A DNA stretch of 63,386 nucleotides, filler included, from Rhabdomonas costata (lineage: Eukaryota): the NCBI GenBank assembly GCA_019059605.1. It is 48 parts of 48 records of this genome, joined end to end, with 100 filler letters (N's around TTAATTAATTAA, not from the genome) between each part and the next. Parts side by side here need not be neighbours in the genome. Positions count along the whole stretch, not along the records: positions 35,719 to 36,941 come from JAHMHO010023011.1; positions 37,042 to 38,263 come from JAHMHO010023012.1; positions 38,364 to 39,587 come from JAHMHO010023013.1; positions 39,688 to 40,905 come from JAHMHO010023014.1; positions 41,006 to 42,228 come from JAHMHO010023015.1; positions 42,329 to 43,551 come from JAHMHO010023016.1; positions 43,652 to 44,874 come from JAHMHO010023017.1; positions 44,975 to 46,197 come from JAHMHO010023018.1; 40 more parts are not named here. One strand, given 5' to 3'. Below, piece by piece: positions 36,663-50,761 of the stretch (position 1 is its first letter; the number at the start of each line of letters is the position of its first letter). A program made the translations under genes and the position numbers. A model generated the notes under the pieces. The model ran no database searches, had not been told where the DNA came from, and saw only the letters and a list, made by a program, of their open reading frames with translations.

Positions 36663-37790
36663 CTGAGAAGCGCAGGCAACGTTGGGAAGAGGATACGCTT
36701 AAAGCAGAGCGCGAAGACGACAACAACTGAGAGAGGCCACAACTGGGTGGGGGTGTCGTGAACACAGTGGTGTTTCATGCCAAAGAAGGCCATTGAACTA
36801 AATCAGGAACCAGCTCCGCTCAACCGCAAACATACAGACGCTTCAATGCAGCGACTTCACGGTCATTAGATCTTTCAAGTTGCCAGCCAGCCTTTATTCA
36901 GCCTTCGGCATTCGGCATTCCACTTCAGTCTCCATTAGACCNNNNNNNNNNNNNNNNNNNNNNNNNNNNNNNNNNNNNNNNNNNNTTAATTAATTAANNN
37001 NNNNNNNNNNNNNNNNNNNNNNNNNNNNNNNNNNNNNNNNNCGGTCGCAACGCTCCCCCAGTTGTATTATGTCTTGGTGGAAAAGAAGTGCCAAAGGTGT
37101 GGTGACTATTTATCATCACGTTTACCGCTACCACCCTCCCACGTTCCTCAGCTGCGAACCATCAATTTTATGCTAAGATTCCTAGTGGTGATGTTGGCCA
37201 AGAATAGCGATGTTGGGGTTGTGAGATGGATGCGGAGAACATCATGAAGGGATCCGATCTCGCGGAATAGGGGTCGATTGGATACATCAATCGAATTTCC
37301 GGAACATGATTTCGGGAACATTTCCTGCAAAGAGCCTTTAATTTGCCGATTACCGAATACGCCGATTACCGATTATGGAAGAGCGAGAACACAATACAAC
37401 TAAACTTTTAGGCGGTCTATTATCGCACTCGATTATCGCAAAGGTGATAATGATGCCTCGGAAAGTGGATCAACGCCAAAACTTTTCGTGACAAAAAATA
37501 AACGGATCCTAAAAATTCATTTTGCCAGCTCCAGGTCAATGAAAGGAAATCCTCTTCACCTCTGTGTTTTGTGAGAGGGAAGCAAAGGATCAGCCAAGAG
37601 ATCAACACCCTGGGCCACTGATCTATTCTTTGTATTTAACTATCACACCTGCTCGGTGTCGTGACTCCGGGGTGCATCACGTACCAAACCCCACCAGAGC
37701 GCGATTTTCACTATCGATTACAGATTACTTCAAACTTTCGGTTTGTCGATCTCAAATCCCGCCCGTACTTTTGTGTTTGCTCGACATTAG

Positions 37791-37972
37791 GGTCTGGCGG
37801 TTGCTCTGTGGAGCCCAAGGTGTGGCTGTCGTGCTCCCTGCGCACTCGGAACCTTCTGCTGGCGCTGCTGCGGCCATTGCTTCCGGGACTGCAGGCGGTC
37901 TCCTACCGCGGTGCCAGACCCCTCTCCGTGACCTTTGACAACGAGCTCAGCGCTGCCAATGCCGTGGTCCAG
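37791..37972 (+). CDS. Exon of an unknown protein
   Basis: GC-rich block between CATTAG and a perfect GTAAGT donor: ...LLLALLRPLLPGLQAVSYRGARPLSVTFDNELSAANAVVQ. Confidence 0.5.
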
Positions 37973-38470
37973 GTAAGTTTGGGGGTGCCAACAGCAGACT
38001 CGGCCTTCACCCCAACCCATGGAGGGAATGTATCAACCAGAACAGGGAAATCTCAGGAACAGCACTTCGAAAGCAAGTGGATTTTTGCGTGATGAAGGTG
38101 AGCAGGCTGGTCTACATACCGGGGCTGAGAAAATTGTGAAACTTGAAAGTTGCAAGTTGTTTTTTGCAAATAAATGCATATAATTGAAAATATTTTAAAT
38201 TACATTTAATTAATTTAATTTAATTAATTAATAATTACATTTAATAATGAATAACAAACAAAANNNNNNNNNNNNNNNNNNNNNNNNNNNNNNNNNNNNN
38301 NNNNNNNTTAATTAATTAANNNNNNNNNNNNNNNNNNNNNNNNNNNNNNNNNNNNNNNNNNNNTTTTGTGGGCCGCGTGGCAGTGTCTTAAGTATATAAG
38401 CAGATGGTTTGCATGTGCGTTCCTGTGTGTGGGAGTGATCAGGGCTCCCTATTCTTTTGCTCTGTTGCAG

Positions 38471-38622
38471 GGATCTGAAGGGGGCAAACATCTTGATCAC
38501 GCACAAGGGGGTCCTCAAGCTCGCAGACTTTGGCTCCTCGAAGCAGCTTTTCGACCTCTCCGACGCCAACCAGTACTCCCTCAGCGGCACCGCTCACTGG
38601 ATGGTGTTGCCCATTCCCTCAC

Positions 38623-38659
<37 letters not shown>

Positions 38660-39499
38660 CGGTGGGTTTCATTCGCTTGGTGTGCCCTCAAACGATCCAC
38701 ATCGTGGGCAGATTCTTAGAACGTATGTACCACTCTGCTCGACCGGCAGCCGACAGCCATGTCCAAGAATGGCATTGCGTTTGCCCTCTATATGTCGGCC
38801 CACTTCAGTTGCACCGTCGTTTTGATGCCCGGAATACAGGCATGGCAGTGTGGACCCATTCTTCTTTTGGCCGCATGCCTTTCATAGCACAACATCGCTT
38901 CCTTTCGAAGCACAATATCGCTGCGCTTGATGTTACATTAGCTCTCCAGATGTGAATACTATGCAGTACCCGCATCGTGCACATACACTTTGGTTGAGTG
39001 GGTGTTGTGTTCCCCACCAACTTTCCTGCTTAAACTTTGCGACCTGCCAGACCACCGCATGTGCAATGTTTTCAACCTTGTGCAAAGGTGTGGTGAGGCG
39101 CTTAGTGGTCAAATGTTTTCTCTGTTCTCCTCCCAGGCTCCGGAGGTCATCAAGCAGACTGGTCACGGTGCGACTCCCCCCCCCTTCCTCTTCTCATCAT
39201 CTGCATTCTATCTCGTTCGCTGTCTCCGATGGTTCGTGATCAGATCACAACAACGACCGCCGCATGAATCATTGCGGGAAAGGCTCATGCTGAAGTTGTT
39301 ACAGAAAATAAATACGGCTCGAAATGATCCAAAGGAAAGCATTCAAGATCGTGAATCAAAGATAATCGTGAGTTCAGGGTGGGTTTGGTATAACGTTTGG
39401 GTTCCAATGGTATGCGCATGGATCCGAATGAGCCCTTCCGGCTCTCCTCCAGGCACTCCGGCGGACATCTGGAGCCTGGGCTGCACCGTTGTAGAGATG
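38471..39499 (+). CDS. STE11/MEKK-type MAP3K kinase domain; exons 38471-38603, 39137-39167, 39453-39499
   Basis: RDLKGANIL...KLADFGSSK...GTAHWM|APEVIKQTGHG|TPADIWSLGCTVVEM. Confidence 0.93.
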
Positions 39500-41467
39500 G
39501 TGTGCGTAGCCGAGCAACGATGGGTGGGGTGGCGGTGGGTAGGGTTTCCCGTGTGTAATCCTCTTTCTCCTTGTGGTCACTCGTTGCNNNNNNNNNNNNN
39601 NNNNNNNNNNNNNNNNNNNNNNNNNNNNNNNTTAATTAATTAANNNNNNNNNNNNNNNNNNNNNNNNNNNNNNNNNNNNNNNNNNNNCCTCTTGCGAAAG
39701 ATAATCCGTTGCAGGGTAAAGCAAGAGCTGACTAAGCGCAACAGAACTTGGTGTGAATGAAGTACAGTTAAAGCAGAACCGTTGCGGACGCAAACAGCGG
39801 TGGATGTCACCAATTTACAAGGACCAATGTTTTCTAACGCTGAAACGTCGTGGAAGTTCAACAACAGTGAGGTCAGCACGTTGCATGAGCCAGAAGCCCC
39901 AGAAGCAGTTCAGCAAACCCCCGCTGACCACCCGTGGGGTGGTTGTGAGAAGGCCAACCTTCTCTGAGTGCGTAAACGGACGATTTTTTTGTACTATCTC
40001 GACAGCCTCGAGAAGTGGGGCTCATCCACAAAGTCCCACTTGAAATTAACTTCATTACCAGCCCTGAATATGATCATGATCAAACCACTGTACGTGGGCG
40101 TACTCTTTGTTCAGAAAGACCCGGAACACCGTGGTGGACCATGACGATCAGCATTTTTGGGATAGATCCCTTGTCTTTTTGGCCTTCTACCTGTTCTGAA
40201 AAATCTTCGTATACGAGATCTCGACGTTGTCTTGCTTCTCCACCACAGCTTTGAGGACAATACAGTCCAGGCAGTAGTCCTGGTCGCGGAGAGATAAATC
40301 TGTCGGATCCCCGAGTCGAGCGTTTCCAGCTTCAGCACCGTGAGGAACTGGATCCGAGAAGGAAATGTGATATGGTCGCTTATTTCTAGGTGCACGAAGT
40401 GAAATTCTTCTGGTGTTAATGAATTGCGTAGGGGTCGGTAGGGGACCCGGACGACACCTGTGATGCACGAGCCTCAAACAAACGTAGGGTATTTGGCTGT
40501 TTCTGCAGTCGCAGTGTCAAGTTGTATCATAGCTCAGATTTGCATATTCGTGAAAATACCAGAAATCAAGACTAGATATATTGTATTTTCAAAAGCGACC
40601 TTGAGCTGTGGAAATGAGAACATTTGTAATTTAGGAAATGCACGCCTGAATACTACGGCAGCCGATTCTAACGAAAAAAGTGGCTTTCAAAAAAGAAAGG
40701 GAGGTAACGTTTGCAATGCCACGTGATCAATTACAAAAACCCGCATGGTTCATGTTTTTTGCCAGTCGTGAAACCCGAATGGGTCGATTTGGACATACAA
40801 CGATTGATTGCATGACGTTTGCAGGCACCATCTAAAATCCAATATAACACTGCTCGCAAGTCAATGATTTGAGTTCTTTCGAACCAAAGCAACAGAAACA
40901 CAAACNNNNNNNNNNNNNNNNNNNNNNNNNNNNNNNNNNNNNNNNNNNNTTAATTAATTAANNNNNNNNNNNNNNNNNNNNNNNNNNNNNNNNNNNNNNN
41001 NNNNNAAGAATCTCTGGCTCAGCTGGAGGTCGAATGGGGAGATGGGCGGGGGGAGAAGCACACACACCCCATCTCGTTATAGACCAGGGGGTCGTTCTGG
41101 CATGCGTGCAAAGACTTGGAGATGCAGTCTGATGCCACCTGGACATTGCCGCCTTGGAGATGTTCCATCCCTTTTTTGTATGAAAGGCACGATTCAAGGG
41201 TCGCAGGGTGTCCATGTGAGGTGCTCGCCGAACTGCAACATATTCTTCAGCTGCGGCCATACCCCAGAACATTAAGGAAGTGGGGCCAGAAGAAATCCGT
41301 CTGATGAGAATGGCATATCGCGCAGTCCGGCAAGCACTTCCATTCTGAAGAAGCTGTGGAGTATTGGCTAAAGTGATGTTCTAGGTCTGGACCGTCGTAG
41401 CAGAATTTCGTGGACAGGGTTAGCCGAACGACAGCTCTGGCTTGCATTGGGACGTGAGGCCACGCAT

Positions 41468-41522
<55 letters not shown>

Positions 41523-41523
41523 C

Positions 41524-42180
41524 CCATGAACAGCTGCCCGAGATGGCTGCCAGGATGCAGACGAAGAGTGTTGCGGTAGGCTGAGAGCGCCTGCTCACTC
41601 TCCCCCATGAGGCTGAGGGAGTGACCTGCATTGGCACCCGACGCAGATGGGAACACACCCGCACAGCTGCAGCAGAGGCGTGTTCACAGTAGCGGGGACA
41701 CCGCGGCAGAAAGCACTCGTGCAGGCCACGCAAGCATTACTATTCAGTTTCTGCCCTATGATCTAATCCCAGCTTTGCCTTCGCATTTTTTTCATTGACA
41801 TTGACACCGTGATGAGTACGTTAGTATTAGTTTGCCTTGACTGCCCACCTCCGAACAACTTTTTCAACTTTTTCACGTTGCTATCGTATTCAAACAAAAA
41901 AAACGGAGAGTAGAAACACGAAGTCCCCTCCCTCTTCAAGCTAAATAAGTTGAATTGAAAAGCACACAGCCACCGCCGCACACACACCGTAGGCGAACCA
42001 GGCCGGGATGAACCTGGGGTCCAGGGTGGTGGCCTTGATGAAGGCCTTGCCAGCCTTCTCCAGGCTACGGATGGTGAGGTAGTACGCTCCCACACACAGC
42101 CACGAGATGGCGGCCCCGGGGCGGGTCTCCATCAGCCGGCTGGCCAGGGTGTACAGCTGCACCTTCTCCCTTAGTTTTGC
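41524..42180 (-). CDS. CDC16: Anaphase-promoting complex subunit 6, TPR exons (about 42180-41988, 41625-41524)
   Basis: LYTLASRLMETRPGAAISWLCVGAYY...FIKATTLDPRFIPAWFAYG|HSLSLMGESEQALSAYRNTLRLHPGSHLGQLFMG. Confidence 0.9.
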
Positions 42181-44182
42181 CGTGGGTCAGGTAAAACTAA
42201 GGGAGAAGGTGCAGCTGTACACCCCCCCNNNNNNNNNNNNNNNNNNNNNNNNNNNNNNNNNNNNNNNNNNNNTTAATTAATTAANNNNNNNNNNNNNNNN
42301 NNNNNNNNNNNNNNNNNNNNNNNNNNNNGCTCCGAGAGATGCCTCCACACACCTTTCGAGGAACTTTATTGTCCTTGTCCAGGCGGTGGCCGGTTTGAAT
42401 TGTGGTGGGATTGGACGTCGCCTTCATCTCGCGGCTGTACTGGCGAGAGATAACCTGAAAATCAATGGAAAGGAAACCCAAACTTTGGGCCATTTAGCGA
42501 GAGGTTCAAACTGGAGGTTTATCCTTGCCATAAGACCGATACACACATTCGCAAAGATCAGCGAAAAGTCAAAAAATGGCCGAACATTCTGCATTAATCG
42601 CCTTCTTGTTACTGAGGCAGCTGATTTTATTGCAGTGTATACGAACGTACACGTATATTATGACAATATCAATCAAAATATCACTAAGAGCTCTGGCAAT
42701 GGTTCAGGAGCAGGATTACATATTCAGGGCAAAACGTCGACGGGAAAAGATTAAAGAAGTAGATTAAAGATAAAAACAGAACAGCAGCAGCGTACCCAGC
42801 AACCGCTACACTTCAGCTCAGACGGCATGGAGACGGGGACGTTGACGTCCGCAGTCACAAGAAAGTGCTCACCCCACAGAACACTGCAAAGAAGGACAGC
42901 CATGGCTGAGAAGCCAATGGCTGATCCGCAAGAAGACATCTCTTAAATGCTGAAAAGGCAACGGAGATCCGGAAGAGTCTGTGAACCAAGGAAAAATGGG
43001 AACCAAGGAAGAATGGCCATAATGGGCACAATGGTCAGAGAATGGTCCCCTGGCACACAAAAACGGAGCCTGCGGCACTTTTGGTGTTGGACGGTGGGAG
43101 ACCTCGCTCCGTCTTCAAACAATTCCGGATCAGCTTATCCGGGCGGTAGAAACGCGCTAAGTTCATGTTTATTTGAGATCTGCGACAAGTCATATGCAAC
43201 GGCCCCGGCGAGGTCTTCAGGTATGTGCATCACTTCTCTGAACTTGTCGGACTTGTAATGTTAGGGCAGCCAGATACGCAATCAATCACGGGGAAAACTG
43301 AGTGGGCCAAAAAAGTTCACACAAGTTTGACCAGTGCGCCACAAGAGGCTTGAGTAAACTGAGAGTTCCTTGTTACCCGATCCTAGTTAGTTCACCGCAC
43401 CCAGCAACTTTTGAAATGAAATTGAACACAGCACACAGAGAAAGCCGGTGCGGGAGAACTGCCTCAAAGGAGCCATCTCCCAAACACACCGAAAACACCA
43501 ACAAAACTTGAAATTAAACCAGCGCTCATCCCCTCCTCAGGACCCAACCCCNNNNNNNNNNNNNNNNNNNNNNNNNNNNNNNNNNNNNNNNNNNNTTAAT
43601 TAATTAANNNNNNNNNNNNNNNNNNNNNNNNNNNNNNNNNNNNNNNNNNNNTTTTGTGTGATATGAGTGTTAATAATCTACACGCACCCAAGTCTTTTTG
43701 CCGTTTTATGTCACAGTTCGCAAGTTTCAGAATACCGTGAGCCACATCATTTACGCCATGAAGACCACCATTATGGAAGAAGTTGCAACACTTTATCCTC
43801 CCTGCTCTATACTCAAAGGCAGTCAAGCCACAGAGGAACTGTTGGGACAGATTAGGAGTGTCAGGGGTTGTCAACCATGGCAAATCTCTTCAGGAATCTT
43901 AGTAGGCGCAAAGACCAATCAAAATTTGTTACCTGTTCATTGCACAAAGCTGTTGACTCCGGGTGCTTATGACGGTTCATCCCCAGGGCCCAGTCAGAAC
44001 CACCTCGTTCTTCACCCATCTGACCCATCTGGGTCAAACTCTGAACATCATCTCTTGAAGCAACGCTGGCTGTGCCTTCCCAGACTGCCAGACTGACATT
44101 CCTGGTGGGGGGGGGGTCGTCGGCTCATCGCTGCTTATCATTGCTGCTTAAACGATAACCCCTTCGTTGTCCTTTTCTTCAG

Positions 44183-44743
44183 AAGACCGACAACATGCTA
44201 CAGCGAGAACTTCAAGATACGTTTAAGAATCTTCAGCACGAGAATGTGGTAAAGATCGTGGCGGTACGTCCAGCTCATCTGTTTTTTGCCCGGTTTCCGG
44301 TGAGCAGCCAGAAGAGTAAGAATAATTAATAGTAGTAAGAATAACACCGTTGAAATGAACGCTGTCGTTTTGAACCAATTCGACGGAGTTTCGGCTGAGT
44401 TTCTTGTTCGCTCTCTTTTTTTTTTGCAGATCTTCATCATCTCACCTGAAGTTCACGTGGTGATGGAGTACATGAATGTGGGGTCTCTAGAAGTCCTGAT
44501 TTCCATTCTTGCGTCTCCCCTTTTGCTGCCTTCTGACTACGAGGGGATTTTTCCAGAGCCCATCTTGTCGTGCATCACCCGACAGGTCCCTTCCTGTTGA
44601 TGACTACAGTTTTTACATTCTAACACGCTTTATTAGATTTTTTTTCAACATTTTCTTTTTCAGACGTTGTCAGGGCTGCAGTTTTTGCACGCTAATAAGA
44701 TCATCCACAGAGACCTGAAGCCCTCTAACGTGCTTGTCAACAG
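44183..44743 (+). CDS. STE7/MAP2K-like kinase; exons 44183-44263, 44430-44585, 44664-44743
   Basis: [13 protein letters not shown]...[12 protein letters not shown]...[38 protein letters not shown]. Confidence 0.9.
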
Positions 44744-46033
44744 GTGAGGCTATGTGTGCTTTGCTATTGTTGCTGTGCATTAAGCCAAAAAGCAAGTTTC
44801 ACCGAGCAAAAGAGTTGAGCGTTTCGAAGCAATTTTGCTCGGTGAAACTTGCTTATTGGCTTAATGCACAACAANNNNNNNNNNNNNNNNNNNNNNNNNN
44901 NNNNNNNNNNNNNNNNNNTTAATTAATTAANNNNNNNNNNNNNNNNNNNNNNNNNNNNNNNNNNNNNNNNNNNNGGTTTTGGTTCACGTTTTGTTCGTCC
45001 CCCTCCCCTTTTCCCAGTCAAAGTGCGTGCTTAGCAGGATTGGGAGCGTAATTCCGTGGCCAATTTGCAGTTCCTCAACAACCAACATTCAACAACACAA
45101 CCAACAGTGGCGAACCGATACTCTTGGATAGAAATCCAATTCGTTACCGTCGTTCAAAGCGGTGTGTTGTCATTTATGTCCGTGTTGACCAGGCCAACGA
45201 GGCCAACTTTGAGAAGGCGAAGGCCAGCGGCAATGACTTCCCTGCCGCCCTCAGGCGTCCTCCTCCTGAGTCCTTCGACACCAAGGCCTGGGGTCTGTGA
45301 GGGCTGTTGTTGGGTGCACTGTTGCCGTCCCCCGCGGTATATATGCGGCTATCTACTCGGCTTGCTGCTGGACTTGACATGTTGTTGCACTGTGTGTCGC
45401 GTTATTTTGTTCGTGTCAATTTAACCGCAAAGACCACGGGTGATCGGGGTCGGTGGCGTCAAATTGGCTGCAAAGGTCTGAAGCCGCTTTCCCGTTGTGC
45501 GGGTCGTCGTTTCTCCAGCTTTTGCTGAAGTTCGCCGCCGAAGGTCGTCTGAAGACCCTTTTTAACCTTCCGGAGACAAAAAAAGAAGAAAAAGAGTAAA
45601 AAGTAAGGCACGACCCACAAAACCCTCACAACCCTTTCTTCTCCAGTTTTTCGGCGGGTCATTTCCGTGAACTCCGTTGTTTTATTGTGCTTTTTTCCGG
45701 CTTCCTGTTAAGCCGGTTCGCGCGTGCACTTTTGGGCTCCCCCCCAGTTTGTTTTGTTACTTTGCCGCCGCCGTGCTCCGGCTTTTCTTTCCCGGAAATT
45801 TCGTTTTCTTGTTTCCTTTGCCCCCCACCCTCCAACCGGGAAAACGTGAAATCTCGAAAACGGCTTGAACGCCCCGACGCGCCCTGGAAACCTCGAAACG
45901 TAGAAACCAGCAAAAGCCGACGGTTCGGCACCGGGGATAGCAAAAAAAAAATATGATAAAGATACGTAGGCTCCTTTTTCGTCGGTCGGGTTTTCCTTCC
46001 TCGCTCCTCTCTGCTTCTTTGATCTCCTTGGCC

Positions 46034-46197
46034 GTCGGCGGCCTTGTTCTTGATGGGCTTCTTCGTCTCGCTGGTCTGCCTTCGTTCTCCTTCGAATCCT
46101 TCCTTCGAAAACAAACTCGGACAAAACTCTCCTGTCGAACCTCGATAGACGGAATGATGCCCACCAACACCTCTTGATCTCATCCGCTCTTGAATCC
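46034..46197. repeat. Dispersed repeat, copy 1 (copy 2 at 47648-47828 on a different contig)
   Basis: Shared GTCGGCGGCCTTGTTCTTGATGGGCTTCTT...GAAAACAAACT...CTCATCCGCTCTTGAATCC with substitutions and indels. Confidence 0.85.
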
Positions 46198-47647
46198 NNN
46201 NNNNNNNNNNNNNNNNNNNNNNNNNNNNNNNNNNNNNNNNNTTAATTAATTAANNNNNNNNNNNNNNNNNNNNNNNNNNNNNNNNNNNNNNNNNNNNGTG
46301 AGCTGACGGAGTGTCCCTCAGCCGTTCTCGTCTCCCTTTGTTGCCGGCCTTCCTCCCTTCTGTCTCTCGGTTTCTCATCTTTTTCTTGGCCAGCTGCCCA
46401 AGAACGCACTATATGTTACCCTCCGTCCCTGTATCTCGGAGAGGTCTTCACACTGGAGGGAAATTTGTACTGTTTTTTGTCATCTCTTCCTGCCTCTCGA
46501 CAGGATTTCACTCTCTTTGGGGTTTCACAAATGACTGCAGTTTTCTTTCCTTCAGCGACGTTTGCTTGCTCTCTGCTGCTCAGCGTGGGGAGGGGGCTAT
46601 CAGGCAGAAGGCGGCCACCACCCTCAGCCCTTGCTGGGGCCAATGCACGGCGTGTGTACGACGAAGTGGCTCCGGCCATCGCTTCGCCATCGTCGCGCAT
46701 GCGGCTTTCTTCTGCCCTACACACCTCTCCGGAAATCCATCTCCGCCCATTGTCTTTTTTCATTACCTGCATTCCTGCTTTCTCCCTCGCGAAGCCTCTC
46801 CTTATATATCTACTGATGGGAACAGCGAGCTGCACCTCTCACTGCCGCTCCTCACCCCTTTTGCGTTTTTGTTGGCGAACCGCTTCTGCCGCTTTGTTGC
46901 ACAGTGCGGCTTCTGAACTTTTTTCAAGCGTGGAATTGGGGAATTCATCCAGTCTCCTCGACATGCTGCATAAATGTCTTTCGGGCGCCCCAGGAAGTTG
47001 CCCCAGATCTATGGTTGTGTCGTTTGTCCTCGTTTTCCGCACTGCTCTTCTCAAACCCAAAACCGTCAGAATAAGCGCTGGTTTCTCGCTGCGGTGCGTT
47101 AATTCCTATAATTCCTATTGCCAGGCCGACCATTGTATACCATGGAACGCCTTTCGCCCGATGCCCAGTTTATATATGCAATGACCCACACACACATTCC
47201 CGTTTACCCATCCGAAAGAAAAGCTCCAAGGGTCGTTCCCGCAAGAAAAGCCCCCCCCCCCCAAGGAAGAAGTGTGGAGTCGCAGAGACTGCAATCAGAC
47301 AGCAATGGAGCAGGCGCTGGAAAAGAGCGGCTGCGCGACAATGGCCCGGGACCCGTGGGGCAGAAGGGAGGTTACCAGGTGTGGAACGTTCGGTGGTGAG
47401 CCGGTTTCGGTTCCCCACGGCACCGTTCGCTCCAACGGCACATCTCCCGAGCACCCGTGGCTAACAGCGCGTGCGCCAGTCAGTCCACAGTGGTCACCAA
47501 CAACCAAGCAACCAAACAACNNNNNNNNNNNNNNNNNNNNNNNNNNNNNNNNNNNNNNNNNNNNTTAATTAATTAANNNNNNNNNNNNNNNNNNNNNNNN
47601 NNNNNNNNNNNNNNNNNNNNTGTGGTGGGTCTTGATCCTGCTTGCTT

Positions 47648-47828
47648 GTCGGCGGCCTTGTTCTTGATGGGCTTCTTTGTCTCGCTGGCCTTGTTCTCCT
47701 CCGAATTCTGCCGAAAACAAACTAGAACAAAACTCTCGTCTCGAACCTCGCTCGATGGAATGCTCCGCTGCCACACACCTGTTGATCTCATACGCTGTAT
47801 TCTCTTGGTCTCATCCGCTCTTGAATCC
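47648..47828. repeat. Dispersed repeat, copy 2
   Basis: Homologous to 46034-46197. Confidence 0.85.
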
Positions 47829-49108
47829 ACGCCTTACCCACTGCACTCTTCCTTGTTTGCATCCTTCGCTTCCCTCTCTATCATCACACCGCCTCTCTTT
47901 TCACTTCTGGAATGCGCCTTGCCTCCCATACTCTTTTATAGCAACACCTACATGACTTCTCTCTTGTCACACATACGTGATCTGGGCCGTGACCATAGGA
48001 GGAACCAGCGGTTCTTTGACGACCAATCCCTCCTCACTTATTCGCTCTTGTGTTTTGCCTCTTCAGTTCTTCCCTTCTGGCACACTCTACTGCAATTGTC
48101 TAAACGGTTAAACTCCGCTCTTCTATCAGGTGAAACCCCAGTGACTCCTGTATTGGGTTTCTTCCACCACACGATGCGCGCTTCCCACTTTTCGCTCTTC
48201 ATTTCCTTCATAAACATCAGTATTCTCGGTCCCTCCAAAAATTGTCTGCTTCGTCCAGCGCATACATTGCAAATGACATTTTCTGAGCTACAGTAGTCCC
48301 ACTTCTGATCCAACTTCTCGCGCAATCTGGTTCATGAGTTCTTACCCTTGCTTAATGACTGCTACACAGTGCTCCAACCGCTTCTCCGAACTCCGCTCTA
48401 TGACACAAAACTCCTTGATAGCTTGATAGCATCTTGCAACGCCTCGCTCAACTGCATTCTTCCCCATGCCACGCCACTCTTCTCGACCACCACGCACTCA
48501 AATATTGATTGGTTAGTCAGCACACTCCTGTACACACTTGATCAGCACTCACTCTGACATAAGCCCTACGGCAACACGCTCTCGCCTCACCACGTCCACA
48601 ATACCCAAACATCCACCGCATAAAGCCTCATCTGAGGTAAAGAACTCCTCTGGGTATCATCTGCTTTGCCAGCATCACATGAAAAAGAGAAAACAAAGAA
48701 ATGACTCTCCGGCAAACTCTCAAGAAAGAAAGGGTATCAACGTCTCCGCCACGACATCTCTGGCTCGACTCTGAATACCATGCTGCTGCACATCTCCACT
48801 CTCTGGCTCCGTAACTTTTCAATCCATACTTCCCCCACCCCCNNNNNNNNNNNNNNNNNNNNNNNNNNNNNNNNNNNNNNNNNNNNTTAATTAATTAANN
48901 NNNNNNNNNNNNNNNNNNNNNNNNNNNNNNNNNNNNNNNNNNTGTGTTGGGTGGGTTTCGGTCTCGGATTCGGTTCCTCCGTTGCTTTGTTGTGCTGGGA
49001 AAGTAAGATGGGTGGGCTCTCTGGTGTGGAAGGGGTTCTTGGGTGGTAGAGTGATGCTTTCGTTGTGTGCGGTGTTTCCTCGACCCCTTGCCCTGACGGG
49101 GGCCCCAG

Positions 49109-49857
49109 GTGCTGCCCTGGCGGGGTTCCGAATGGTAGGGCGGTTCCTGGGCCGCGCTATTCAGGACGGACGGCTGGTCGACCTCCCGCTCTCCCCGGTG
49201 TTGCTCCACTTGCTCTGCCACGGCGACGAGCTGCAGCCTCTGCCCGGCGGGCCTGCGGGGGGCAGGAGGGGCCTAACGCCATCCTGGGGGCCGCGCGAGG
49301 TGGCCCAGGTGGATCCTCAACTGGCACTCTCCCTCCAGCGCCTGGCTGCGCTTGGTTTGATTTGCCCCCCAACACACACACATACGAACCAAACGAATGC
49401 ATGGATGTTGCATTGATGTTTTCGCCTCGTCGTCTTGTGCCCATGCTCGATCTTTGTGTTGCTTCTCTTCCCCACTGTCTTTTTGGGCCTCGTGGGCTGC
49501 ACTATAGTGGCGGTTTTCCCCACAATCACCTGCCATTATGCTCCCTTTCCCAAGGCTCTTTGACTTCATTCGAAGCCATTGTAGACATTATAGTGCAAGG
49601 GGAACTTCTGCAGTATTTCGGGCCGCGTTGGTTCAAAGCGATAACATTCCGCCTGGCCTCGCGAGCTGGTTGGGTGTCGGGGTAATTTTGGGGGATTTAC
49701 CTGACTTGTGGTTGCACAGGAAACCATTGAACTCGGTGGATAGCAGCATTTGTTATTGTGGGATCGGTATTTTGCAGGTGGATCTCCGAAGAAATCCGCT
49801 GTGGCAGCTCGAGAACTGGCGGAAATGCAGCTGGACTTCACCCTTCCGGGCTACCCG
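49109..49857 (+). CDS. HECT E3 ubiquitin ligase, TRIP12/UFD4-like; exons 49109-49354 and 49778-49857
   Basis: FRMVGRFLGRAIQDGRLVDLPLS...VAQVDPQLALSLQRL|...ELAEMQLDFTLPGYP. Confidence 0.88.
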
Positions 49858-50497
49858 GTGTGTGTTATCGTCACTCAAATTCCCTGCTCCAAGCCTGAAG
49901 TGTGCCGGGCCCGAGAGGAGCCGAGATGAGATTGCAGCTTGAAATTGGACGTCAAACAAAATGTGGGACCAAAACATTTCGGGTGAAATTTTCTTCTCAC
50001 ACTGTGTCATAACCTGTTGTCTTGCACCGCGGGTGTGCGGGTGTGGGCTGGGTTGTGTTGTGTGTAGTGTGCATTTCTCCCCATCGAGGGTGAGGAGCCC
50101 GAGGGAGGGGGGAGAAATGCACACTACACACAACACAACCCAGCCCACACCCGCACACCCCACANNNNNNNNNNNNNNNNNNNNNNNNNNNNNNNNNNNN
50201 NNNNNNNNTTAATTAATTAANNNNNNNNNNNNNNNNNNNNNNNNNNNNNNNNNNNNNNNNNNNNGGGTTTGGGGTGTGCCCCGGTGTGATGGAAGGATTC
50301 CGTCTTTGTGGTTGGAATTTTGGGCCCCGAGCATTGTGACCCGTGACGTGGTTTGCCAACAAGGCATCCTTTGTTTTTGAGTGCGTGCCCTTCGTCATTC
50401 TTTGTTTGTGAGTGTTTTCGTGTGTGCACCCCCTGTCCAAAAGTGGAGAGTAAGTTTCTGGGTTTTGGTGTGTGTGTGAGAGCGGCGAAGCAGAAGA

Positions 50498-50761
50498 ATG
50501 ACGGATGCGATCCTGGAGATGGCGAAGGTGGCGCAGCAGAAGGCCCAGCAGCTGCGCTCGGACTCCGCGGCAGGAGGCGCGGCCGGGGGCAGCGGAGAGG
50601 CCTTCAGCAGCTGGCAACTGAAGCAACAGCTGAACCAAAACATGTACCTCCACAGCACCGAGAAGGCCCCCACGGTGCGGGAGAGGAAGGTCGAGGCGGC
50701 CTCGCAGCAGTGCCAGAAGTGCCTGGAGTTTGGTCACTGGAGTTTTGAGTGCAAAAACCAG
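50498..50761 (+). CDS. ZCCHC10: Zinc-knuckle protein, ZCCHC10-like; first exon
   Basis: QCQKCLEFGHWSFECKN (CCHC) followed by CAG|GTCCAG. Confidence 0.75.

Noticed and set aside
39688-40905. Possible decayed transposase
   Set aside because: Coding-like texture, but no DDE or other motif I could support.
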